DNA from: the human T2T-CHM13v2.0 reference genome, Homo sapiens
Direction: 5' to 3' (one strand)
Length of the DNA: 64,000 nucleotides
Assembly: GCF_009914755.1 (NCBI RefSeq)
Contig: NC_060928.1
The notes under the pieces were generated by a model. The model made no database searches, had not been told where the DNA came from, and worked only from the letters and a program-made list of their open reading frames with translations. The position numbers and the translations under genes were made by a program. Positions within the stretch are counted from its first letter, which is position 1. Each line of letters starts with the position of its first letter. This document shows positions 1 through 11,700 of the stretch, piece by piece.

Positions 1-78
1 AACCTTTGTTTTGATACAGCATTTTGGAAACACTCCTTTTGTAGAATCTGCAGGTGGATATTTGGATAACTTTGAAGA

Positions 79-95
79 TTTCGTTGGAAACCGGA
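79..95 (+). other. Degenerate CENP-B box fixed in the HOR (CGGG->CCGG); the other two fixed degenerate boxes are at 1782-1798 (AGGG) and 2462-2478 (GGGG)
   Basis: TTTCGTTGGAAACCGGA, TTTCGTTGGAAAAGGGA and ATTCGTTGGAAAGGGGA each break the CGGG core and recur in every unit that has the monomer. Confidence 0.88.
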
Positions 96-250
96 ATATC
101 TTCATATAAAATCAAGACAGAAGCATTCTCGGAAAAATCTCTGTGATGTTTGCATTCAACTCAGTAGAGTTGAACACTTCCTTTCATAGAGCAGGTTTGA
201 AACACTCTTTCTGCACTACCTGGAAGCGGACATTTCGAGCGCTTTGAGGC

Positions 251-267
251 CTATGGTGAAAAAGGAA
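251..267 (+). other. pJalpha-type (A-box) motif of A monomers (representative; 8 A monomers per HOR)
   Basis: CTATGGTGAAAAAGGAA occupies the position equivalent to the CENP-B box in A-type monomers. Confidence 0.8.
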
Positions 268-591
268 ATATCTTCTCATAAAAACCAGAAAGAAGCATTC
301 TCAGAAACTTCTTTGTGTTGTGTGTACTCAAGTAACAGTGTTGAACCTTCCTTTTGACACAGCAGTTTTGAAACACTCTTTTGGTAGAATCTGCAAGTGG
401 ATATTTGGATAGCTTTGAGGATTTCGTTGGAAACGGGTTATCTTCATATAAAATCCAGACAGGAGCATTCTCAGAAACTTCTTTGTGCTGCATGTCCTCA
501 ATTCACAGAGCTGAACCTTTGTTTGGATACAGCATTTTGGAAACATTCCTTTAGTAGAATCTGCAAGTTGATATTTAGATAGCTTTGAAGA

Positions 592-608
592 TTTCGTTGG
601 AAACGGGA
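592..608 (+). other. CENP-B box, intact (representative; other intact boxes in the first unit start at 422, 932, 1270, 2124, 2632, 2973)
   Basis: TTTCGTTGGAAACGGGA matches the 17 bp box with all nine core bases (nTTCGnnnnAnnCGGGn). Confidence 0.95.
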
Positions 609-3600
609 ATATCTTCATAGAAAATCTAGACGGAAGCATTCTCAGAAACTGCTTTGTGATGTTTGCATTCAAGTCACAGAGTTGAATATTCCCTTTTATA
701 GAGTAGGTTTGAAACACTCTTTTGGCACTACCTGGAAGTGGATATTTCGAGCTCTTTGAGGCCTATGGTTAAAAGGAAATATCTTCCCATAAAAACTAGA
801 CAGAAGCCGTCTCAGAAACTTGTTTGTGATGTGTGTATTCAACTAACAGAGTTGAACATTTCTGTTACAGAGCAATTTTAAAACACTCTTTTTGTGGAAT
901 CTGAAAGTGGATAATTGGATAGCTTTGTGGATTTCGTTGGAAACGGGATGACGTATAAAATCTAGAGAGAAGCATTCTCAGGAACTTCTTTGTGATGTTT
1001 GCATTCAAGTCACAGAATTGAACATTCCCTTTCATAGAGCAGGTTTGAAACACTCTTTCTCTAGTATCTGGAAGTGGGCATTTCAAGCGCTTTCAGGCCT
1101 ATGGAGAGAAAGGAAATACCTTCAAATAAAAACTAGACAGAAGCATTCTCAGAAACTTATTTGTGATGTGTGTCCTCAACTAACAGAGTTGAACCTTTGT
1201 TTTGATACAGCATTTTGGAAACACTCCTTTTGTAGGATCTGCAGGTGGATATTTGGATAGATTTTAAGATTTCGTTGGAAACGGGAGTTTCTTCATAGAA
1301 ACTCAAGACAGATGCATTCTCAGAAACATCTCTGTGATGTTTGCATTCCACTCATAGATTTGAAAACTTCCTTTCATAGAGCAGGTTTGAAACACTCTTT
1401 TTGTAATATTTGGAAGTGGACATTTGCAGCGCTTTGAGGCCTATGGTGAAAAAGGAAATATCTTCTCATAAAAACCAGAAACAAGCATTCTCAGAAACTT
1501 CTTTTTGATGTGTGTACTCAAGTAACAGAGTTGAACCTTCCTTTTGACACAGCAGTTTTGAAACAATCTTTTTGTAGAATCTGCAAGTGGATATTTGGAT
1601 AGCTTTGAGGATTTCATTGGAAACGGGATATCTTCATATAAAATCTAGACAGAAGCATTCTCAGAAACTTCTTTGTGCTGTATGTCCTCAATTAACAGAG
1701 TTGAACCATTGCTTGGATACAGCATTTTGGAAACATTCCTTGAGTAGAATCTGCAAGTTGATATTGAGATAGATTTGAAGATTTCGTTGGAAAAGGGAAT
1801 ATCTCCATATAAAATCTAGAGGGAAGCATTCTCAGAAACTGCTCTGTGATGTTTCCATTCAAGTCACAGAGTTGAATATTCCCTTTTATAGAGCACGTTT
1901 GAAACACTCTTTCTGCACTATCTGGAAGTGGACATTTCGAGCGCTTTGAGGCCTATGGTGAAAAAGGAAATATCTTCCCATAAAAACCAGACAGAAGCAT
2001 TCTCAGAAACTTGTTTGTGATGTGTGTATTCAACTAACAGAGTTGAACTTTTGTTTTTACAGAGCCGTTTTAAAACACTCTTTTTGTGGAATCAGAAAGT
2101 GGATATTCGGATGGCTCTGAGGATTTCGTTGGAAGCGGGATTACATATAAAATCTAGAGAGAAGCATTCTCAGGAACTTCTTTGTGATGTTTGCATTGAA
2201 GTCACAGAATTGAACATTCACTTTGATAGAGCAGGTTTGAAACACTCATTCTGTAGTATCTGGAAGTGGACATTTCAAGCGCTTTCAGGCCTATGGTGAG
2301 AAAGGAAATATCTTCGAATAAAAACTAGACAGAAGCATCCTCAGAAACTTATTTGTGATGTGTGTCCTCAACTAACAGAGTTGAAACTTTGTTTTGATAC
2401 AGCATTTTGGAAACACTCTTTTTGTAGAATCTGCAGGTGGATATTTGGATAGCTTAGAGGGATTCGTTGGAAAGGGGATATCTTCATATAAAATCTAGAC
2501 AGAAGCATTCTCAGAAACTTATTTGTGATGTGTGTCCTCAACTAACAGAGTTGAACCTTGGTTTTGATACAGCATTTTGGAAACACTCCTTTTGTAGAAT
2601 CTGCAGGTGGATATGTGGATAGCTCTGAAGATTTCGTTGGAAACGGGAATTTCTTCATATAAAATCAAACAGAAGCATTCTCAGAAACTTCTCAGTGATG
2701 TTTGCATTCAGCTCATGGAGTTGAACACTTCCTTTCATAGAGCCGGTTTGAAACACTCTTTCTGCACTACCTGGAAGAGGACATTTCGAGCGCTTTGAGT
2801 CCTATGGTGAAAAAGGAAATATCTTCTCATAAAAACCAGAAAGAAGCATTCTCAGAAACTTCTTTGTGTTGTGTGTACTCATGTAACAGTGTTGAACCAT
2901 CCTTTTGACAGAGCAGTTTTGAAACACTCTTTTTGTAGAATCTGCAAGTGGATATTTGGATAGCTTTGAGGATTTCGTTGGAAACGGGATGACATATAAT
3001 ATCTAGAGAGAAGCATTCTCAGGAACTTCTTTGTGATGTTTGCATTCAAGTCACAGAATTGAACATTCCCTTTCATAGAGCAGATTTGAAACACTCTTTC
3101 TCTAGTATCTGGAAGTGGGCATTTCAAGCGCTTTCAGGCCTATTGAGAGAAAGGAAATACCTTCAAATAAAAACTAGACAGAAGCATTCTCAGAAACTTG
3201 TTTGTGATGTGTGTATTCAACTAACAGAGTTGAACTTTTGTTTTTACAGAGCCGTTTTAAAACACTCTTTTTGTGGAATCAGAAAGTGGATATTCGGATG
3301 GCTCTGAGGATTTCGTTGGAAGCGGGATTACATATAAAATCTAGAGAGAAGCATTCTCAGGAACTTCTTTGTGATGTTTGCATTGAAGTCACAGAATTGA
3401 ACATTCACTTTGATAGAGCAGGTTTGAAACACTCATTCTGTAGTATCTGGAAGTGGACATTTCAAGCGCTTTCAGGCCTATGGTGAGAAAGGAAATATCT
3501 TCGAATAAAAACTAGACAGAAGCATCCTCAGAAACTTATTTGTGATGTGTGTCCTCAACTAACAGAGTTGAAACTTTGTTTTGATACAGCATTTTGGAAA

Positions 3601-4542
3601 CACTCTTTTTGTAGAATCTGCAGGTGGATATTTGGATAGCTTAGAGGGATTCGTTGGAAAGGGGATATCTTCATATAAAATCTAGACAGAAGCATTCTCA
3701 GAAACTTATTTGTGATGTGTGTCCTCAACTAACAGAGTTGAACCTTGGTTTTGATACAGCATTTTGGAAACACTCCTTTTGTAGAATCTGCAGGTGGATA
3801 TGTGGATAGCTCTGAAGATTTCGTTGGAAACGGGAATTTCTTCATATAAAATCAAACAGAAGCATTCTCAGAAACTTCTCAGTGATGTTTGCATTCAGCT
3901 CATGGAGTTGAACACTTCCTTTCATAGAGCCGGTTTGAAACACTCTTTCTGCACTACCTGGAAGAGGACATTTCGAGCGCTTTGAGTCCTATGGTGAAAA
4001 AGGAAATATCTTCTCATAAAAACCAGAAAGAAGCATTCTCAGAAACTTCTTTGTGTTGTGTGTACTCATGTAACAGTGTTGAACCATCCTTTTGACAGAG
4101 CAGTTTTGAAACACTCTTTTTGTAGAATCTGCAAGTGGATATTTGGATAGCTTTGAGGATTTCGTTGGAAACGGGATGACATATAATATCTAGAGAGAAG
4201 CATACTCAGGAACTTCTTTGTGATGTTTGCATTCAAGTCACAGAATTGAACATTCCCTTTCATAGAGCAGGTTTGAAACACTCTTTCTCTAGTATCTGGA
4301 AGTGGGCATTTCAAGCGCTTTCAGGCCTATGGAGAGAAAGGAAATACCTTCAAATAAAAACTAGACAGAAGCATTCTCAGAAACTTATTTGTGATGTGTG
4401 TCCTCAACTAACAGAGTTGAACCTTTGTTTTGATACAGCATTTTGGAAACACTCCTTTTGTAGAATCTGCAGGTGGATATTTGGATAACTTTGAAGATTT
4501 CGTTGGAAACCGGAATATCTTCATATAAAATCAAGACAGAAG

Positions 4543-7500
4543 CATTCTCGGAAACATCTCTGTGATGTTTGCATTCAACTCAGTAGAGTTGAACACTTCC
4601 TTTCATAGAGCCGGTTTGAAACGCTCTTTCTGCACTACCTGGAAGAGGACATTTCGAGCGCTTTGAGGCCTATGGTGAAAAAGGAAATATCTTCTCATAA
4701 AAACCAGAAAGAAGCATTCTCAGAAACTTCTTTGTGTTGTGTGTACTCAAGTAACAGTGTTGAACCTTCCTTTTGACACAGCAGTTTTGAAACACTCTTT
4801 TGGTAGAATCTGCAAGTGGATATTTGGATAGCTTTGAGGATTTCGTTGGAAACGGGTTATCTTCATATAAAATCCAGACAGGAGCATTCTCAGAAACTTC
4901 TTTGTGCTGCATGTCCTCAATTCACAGAGCTGAACCTTTGTTTGGATACAGCATTTTGGAAACATTCCTTTAGTAGAATCTGCAAGTTGATATTTAGATA
5001 GCTTTGAAGATTTCGTTGGAAACGGGAATATCTTCATAGAAAATCTAGACGGAAGCATTCTCAGAAACTGCTTTGTGATGTTTGCATTCAAGTCACAGAG
5101 TTGAATATTCCCTTTTATAGAGTAGGTTTGAAACACTCTTTCGGCACTACCTGGAAGTGGATATTTCGAGCTCTTTGAGGCCTATGGTTAAAAGGAAATA
5201 TCTTCCCATAAAAACTAGACAGAAGCCGTCTCAGAAACTTGTTTGTGATGTGTGTATTCAACTAACAGAGTTGAACATTTCTGTTACAGAGCAATTTTAA
5301 AACACTCTTTTTGTGGAATCTGAAAGTGGATAATTGGATAGCTTTGTGGATTTCGTTGGAAACGGGATGACGTATAAAATCTAGAGAGAAGCATTCTCAG
5401 GAACTTCTTTGTGATGTTTGCATTCAAGTCACAGAATTGAACATTCCTTTTCATAGTGCAGGTTTGAAACACTCTTTCTGTAGTATCTGGAAGTGGACAT
5501 TTCAAGCGCTTTCAGGCCTACGGGGAGAAAGGAAATATCTTCAAATAAAAACTAGACAGAAGGATTCTCAGAAACTTATTTGTGATGTGTGTCCTAAACG
5601 AACACAGTTGAACCTTTGTTTAGATACAGCATTTTGGAAACACTCCTTTTGTAGGATCTGCAGGTGGATATTTGGATAGATTTTAAGATTTCGTTGGAAA
5701 CGGGAGTTTCTTCATAGAAACTCAAGACAGATGCATTCTCAGAAACATCTCTGTGATGTTTGCATTCCACTCATAGAGTTGAAAACTTCCTTTCATAGAG
5801 CAGGTTTGAAACACTCTTTTTGTAATATTTGGAAGTGGACATTTGCAGCGCTTTGAGGCCTATGGTGAAAAAGGAAATATCTTCTCATAAAAACCAGAAA
5901 CAAGCATTCTCAGAAACTTCTTTTTGATGTGTGTACTCAAGTAACAGAGTTGAACCTTCCTTTTGACACAGCAGTTTTGAAACAATCTTTTTGTAGAATC
6001 TGCAAGTGGATATTTGGATAGCTTTGAGGATTTCGTTGGAAACGGGATATCTTCATATAAAATCTAGACAGAAGCATTCTCAGAAACTTCTTGGTGCTGT
6101 ATGTCCTCAATTAACAGAGTTGAACCATTGCTTGGATACAGCATTTTGGAAACATTCCTTTAGTAGAATCTGCAAGTTGATATTGAGATAGATTTGAAGA
6201 TTTCGTTGGAAAAGGGAATATCTCCATATAAAATCTAGACGGAAGCATTCTCAGAAACTGCTTTGTGATGTTTCCATTCAAGTCACAGAGTTGAATATTC
6301 CCTTTTGTAGAGCACGTTTGAAACACTCTTTCTGCACTATCTGGAAGTGGACATTTCGAGCGCTTTGAGGCCTATGGTGAAAAAGGAAATATCTTCCCAT
6401 AAAAATTAGACAGAAGCATTCTCAGAAACTTGTTTGTGATGTGTGTATTCAACTAACAGAGTTGAACTTTTGTTTTTACAGAGCCGTTTTAAAACACTCT
6501 TTTTGTGGAATCAGAAAGTGGATATTCGGATGGCTCTGAGGATTTCGTTGGAAGCGGGATTACATATAAAATCTAGAGAGAAGCATTCTCAGGAACTTCT
6601 TTGTGATGTTTGCATTGAAGTCACAGAATTGAACATTCACTTTGATAGAGCAGGTTTGAAACACTCATTCTGTAGTATCTGGAAGTGGACATTTCAAGCG
6701 CTTTCAGGCCTATGGTGAAAAAGGAAATATCTTCGAATAAAAACTAGACAGAAGCATCCTCAGAAACTTATTTGTGATGTGTGTCCTCAACTAACAGAGT
6801 TGAAACTTTGTTTTGATACAGCATTTTGGAAACACTCCTTTTGTAGAATCTGCAGGTGGATATGTGGATAGCTCTGAAGATTTCGTTGGAAACGGGAATT
6901 TCTTCATATAAAATCAAACAGAAGCATTCTCAGAAACTTCTCAGTGATGTTTGCATTCAGCTCATGGAGTTGAACACTTCCTTTCATAGAGCCGGTTTGA
7001 AACACTCTTTCTGCACTACCTGGAAGAGGCCATTTCGAGCGCTTTGAGTCCTATGGTGAAAAAGGAAATATCTTCTCATAAAAACCAGAAAGAAGCATTC
7101 TCAGAAACTTCTTTGTGTTGTGTGTACTCATGTAACAGTGTTGAACCATCCTTTTGACAGAGCAGTTTTGAAACACTCTTTTTGTAGAATCTGCAAGTGG
7201 ATATTTGGATAGCTTTGAGGATTTCGTTGGAAACGGGATGACATATAATATCTAGAGAGAAGCATTCTCAGGAACTTCTTTGTGCTGTTTGCATTCAAGT
7301 CACAGAATTGAACATTCCCTTTCATAGAGCAGATTTGAAACACTCTTTCTCTAGTATCTGGAAGTGGGCATTTCAAGCGCTTTCAGGCCTATTGAGAGAA
7401 AGGAAATACCTTCAAATAAAAACTAGACAGAAGCATTCTCAGAAACTTGTTTGTGATGTGTGTATTCAACTAACAGAGTTGAACTTTTGTTTTTACAGAG

Positions 7501-8791
7501 CCGTTTTAAAACACTCTTTTTGTGGAATCAGAAAGTGGATATTCGGATGGCTCTGAGGATTTCGTTGGAAGCGGGATTACATATAAAATCTAGAGAGAAG
7601 CATTCTCAGGAACTTCTTTGTGATGTTTGCATTGAAGTCACAGAATTGAACATTCACTTTGATAGAGCAGGTTTGAAACACTCATTCTGTAGTATCTGGA
7701 AGTGGACAATTCAAGCGCTTTCAGGCCTATGGTGAGAAAGGAAATATCTTCGAATAAAAACTAGACAGAAGCATCCTCAGAAACTTATTTGTGATGTGTG
7801 TCCTCAACTAACAGAGTTGAAACTTTGTTTTGATACAGCATTTTGGAAACACTCTTTTTGTAGAATCTGCAGGTGGATATTTGGATAGCTTAGAGGGATT
7901 CGTTGGAAAGGGGATATCTTCATATAAAATCTAGACAGAAGCATTCTCAGAAACTTATTTGTGATGTGTGTCCTCAACTAACAGAGTTGAACCTTGGTTT
8001 TGATACAGCATTTTGGAAACACTCCTTTTGTAGAATCTGCAGGTGGATATGTGGATAGCTCTGAAGATTTCGTTGGAAACGGGAATTTCTTCATATAAAA
8101 TCAAACAGAAGCATTCTCAGAAACTTCTCAGTGATGTTTGCATTCAGCTCATGGAGTTGAACACTTCCTTTCATAGAGCCGGTTTGAAACACTCTTTCTG
8201 CACTACCTGGAAGAGGACATTTCGAGCGCTTTGAGTCCTATGGTGAAAAAGGAAATATCTTCTCATAAAAACCAGAAAGAAGCATTCTCAGAAACTTCTT
8301 TGTGTTGTGTGTACTCATGTAACAGTGTTGAACCATCCTTTTGACAGAGCAGTTTTGAAACACTCTTTTTGTAGAATCTGCAAGTGGATATTTGGATAGC
8401 TTTGAGGATTTCGTTGGAAACGGGATGACATATAATATCTAGAGAGAAGCATACTCAGGAACTTCTTTGTGATGTTTGCATTCAAGTCACAGAATTGAAC
8501 ATTCCCTTTCATAGAGCAGGTTTGAAACACTCTTTCTCTAGTATCTGGAAGTGGGCATTTCAAGCGCTTTCAGGCCTATGGAGAGAAAGGAAATACCTTC
8601 AAATAAAAACTAGACAGAAGCATTCTCAGAAACTTATTTGTGATGTGTGTCCTCAACTAACAGAGTTGAACCTTTGTTTTGATACAGCATTTTGGAAACA
8701 CTCCTTTTGTAGAATCTGCAGGTGGATATTTGGATAACTTTGAAGATTTCGTTGGAAACCGGAATATCTTCATATAAAATCAAGACAGAAG
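4543..8791 (+). repeat. Variant HOR, 25-mer (4,249 bp = 19-mer plus 7-monomer duplication minus 1 monomer)
   Basis: Marker spacing 4670->8919 = 4,249 = 3,232+1,187-170; ORF 6443->7460 offset 1,017 (6 monomers); hybrid monomer at 6755-6924. Confidence 0.95.
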
Positions 8792-11700
8792 CATTCTCGG
8801 AAACATCTCTGTGATGTTTGCATTCAACTCAGTAGAGTTGAACACTTCCTTTCATAGAGCAGGTTTGAAACACTCTTTCTGCACTACCTGGAAGCGGACA
8901 TTTCGAGCGCTTTGAGGCCTATGGTGAAAAAGGAAATATCTTCTCATAAAAACCAGAAAGAAGCATTCTCAGAAACTTCTTTGTGTTGTGTGTACTCAAG
9001 TAACAGTGTTGAACCTTCCTTTTGACACAGCTGTTTTGAAACACTCTTTTGGTAGAATCTGCAAGTGGATATTTGGATAGCTTTGAGGATTTCGTTGGAA
9101 ACGGGTTATCTTCATATAAAATCCAGACAGGAGCATTCTCAGAAACTTCTTTGTGCTGCATGTCCTCAATTCACAGAGCTGAACCTTTGTTTGGATACAG
9201 CATTTTGGAAACATTCCTTTAGTAGAATCTGCAAGTTGATATTTAGATAGCTTTGAAGATTTCGTTGGAAACGGGAATATCTTCATAGAAAATCTAGACG
9301 GAAGCATTCTCAGAAACTGCTTTGTGATGTTTGCATTCAAGTCACAGAGTTGAATATTCCCTTTTATAGAGTAGGTTTGAAACACTCTTTCGGCACTACC
9401 TGGAAGTGGATATTTCGAGCTCTTTGAGGCCTATGGTTAAAAGGAAATATCTTCCCATAAAAACTAGACAGAAGCCGTCTCAGAAACTTGTTTGTGATGT
9501 GTGTATTCAACTACCAGAGTTGAACATTTCTGTTACAGAGCAATTTTAAAACACTCTTTTTGTGGAATCTGAAAGTGGATAATTGGATAGCTTTGTGGAT
9601 TTCGTTGGAAACGGGATGACGTATAAAATCTAGAGAGAAGCATTCTCAGGAACTTCTTTCTGATGTTTGCATTCAAGTCACAGAATTGAACATTCCTTTT
9701 CATAGTGCAGGTTTGAAACACTCTTTCTGTAGTATCTGGAAGTGGACATTTCAAGCGCTTTCAGGCCTACGGGGAGAAAGGAAATATCTTCAAATAAAAA
9801 CTAGACAGAAGGATTCTCAGAAACTTATTTGTGATGTGTGTCCTAAACGAACACAGTTGAACCTTTGTTTAGATACAGCATTTTGGAAACACTCCTTTTG
9901 TAGGATCTGCAGGTGGATATTTGGATAGATTTTAAGATTTCGTTGGAAACGGGAGTTTCTTCATAGAAACTCAAGACAGATGCATTCTCAGAAACATCTC
10001 TGTGATGTTTGCATTCCACTCATAGAGTTGAAAACTTCCTTTCATAGAGCAGGTTTGAAACACTCTTTTTGTAATATTTGGAAGTGGACATTTGCAGCGC
10101 TTTGAGGCCTATGGTGAAAAAGGAAATATCTTCTCATAAAAACCAGAAACAAGCATTCTCAGAAACTTCTTTTTGATGTGTGTACTCAAGTAACAGAGTT
10201 GAACCTTCCTTTTGACACAGCAGTTTTGAAACAATCTTTTTGTAGAATCTGCAAGTGGATATTTGGATAGCTTTGAGGATTTCGTTGGAAACGGGATATC
10301 TTCATATAAAATCTAGACAGAAGCATTCTCAGAAACTTCTTTGTGCTGTATGTCCTCAATTAACAGAGTTGAACCATTGCTTGGATACAGCATTTTGGAA
10401 ACATTCCTTGAGTAGAATCTGCAAGTTGATATTTAGATAGATTTGAAGATTTCGTTGGAAAAGGGAATATCTCCATATAAAATCTAGAGGGAAGCATTCT
10501 CAGAAACTGCTTTGTGATGTTTCCATTCAAGTCACAGAGTTGAATATTCCCTTTTATAGAGCACGTTTGAAACACTCTTTCTGCACTATCTGGAAGTGGA
10601 CATTTCGAGCGCTTTGAGGCCTATGGTGAAAAAGGAAATATCTTCCCATAAAAACTAGACAGAAGCATTCTCAGAAACTTGTTTGTGATGTGTGTATTCA
10701 ACTAACAGAGTTGAACTTTTGTTTTTACAGAGCCGTTTTAAAACACTCTTTTTGTGGAATCAGAAAGTGGATATTCGGATGGCTCTGAGGATTTCGTTGG
10801 AAGCGGGATTACATATAAAATCTAGAGAGAAGCATTCTCAGGAACTTCTTTGTGATGTTTGCATTGAAGTCACAGAATTGAACATTCACTTTGATAGAGC
10901 AGGTTTGAAACACTCATTCTGTAGTATCTGGAAGTGGACATTTCAAGCGCTTTCAGGCCTATGGTGAGAAAGGAAATATCTTCGAATAAAAACTAGACAG
11001 AAGCATCCTCAGAAACTTATTTGTGATGTGTGTCCTCAACTAACAGAGTTGAAACTTTGTTTTGATACAGCATTTTGGAAACACTCTTTTTGTAGAATCT
11101 GCAGGTGGATATTTGGATAGCTTAGAGGGATTCGTTGGAAAGGGGATATCTTCATATAAAATCTAGACAGAAGCATTCTCAGAAACTTATTTGTGATGTG
11201 TGTCCTCAACTAACAGAGTTGAACCTTGGTTTTGATACAGCATTTTGGAAACACTCCTTTTGTAGAATCTGCAGGTGGATATGTGGATAGCTCTGAAGAT
11301 TTCGTTGGAAACGGGAATTTCTTCATATAAAATCAAACAGAAGCATTCTCAGAAACTTCTCAGTGATGTTTGCATTCAGCTCATGGAGTTGAACACTTCC
11401 TTTCATAGAGCCGGTTTGAAACACTCTTTCTGCACTACCTGGAAGAGGACATTTCGAGCGCTTTGAGTCCTATGGTGAAAAAGGAAATATCTTCTCATAA
11501 AAACCAGAAAGAAGCATTCTCAGAAACTTCTTTGTGTTGTGTGTACTCATGTAACAGTGTTGAACCATCCTTTTGACAGAGCAGTTTTGAAACACTCTTT
11601 TTGTAGAATCTGCAAGTGGATATTTGGATAGCTTTGAGGATTTCGTTGGAAACGGGATGACATATAATATCTAGAGAGAAGCATACTCAGGAACTTCTTT

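Larger units (their letters stand above)
124..4542 (+). repeat. Variant HOR, 26-mer (4,419 bp = 19-mer plus 7-monomer duplication)
   Basis: Marker ORF spacing 251->4670 = 4,419 bp; 1998-3184 is repeated at 3185-4371 (ORFs 2024/3211, 2607/3794, 2879/4066, offset 1,187). Confidence 0.95.

Noticed and set aside
749-754. Short palindromes (GAGCTC, TCTAGA, AGCGCT, AGGCCT) as possible regulatory or terminator hairpins
   Set aside because: These are ordinary alpha-satellite restriction sites with no extended stem and U-tract, and no evidence of function.
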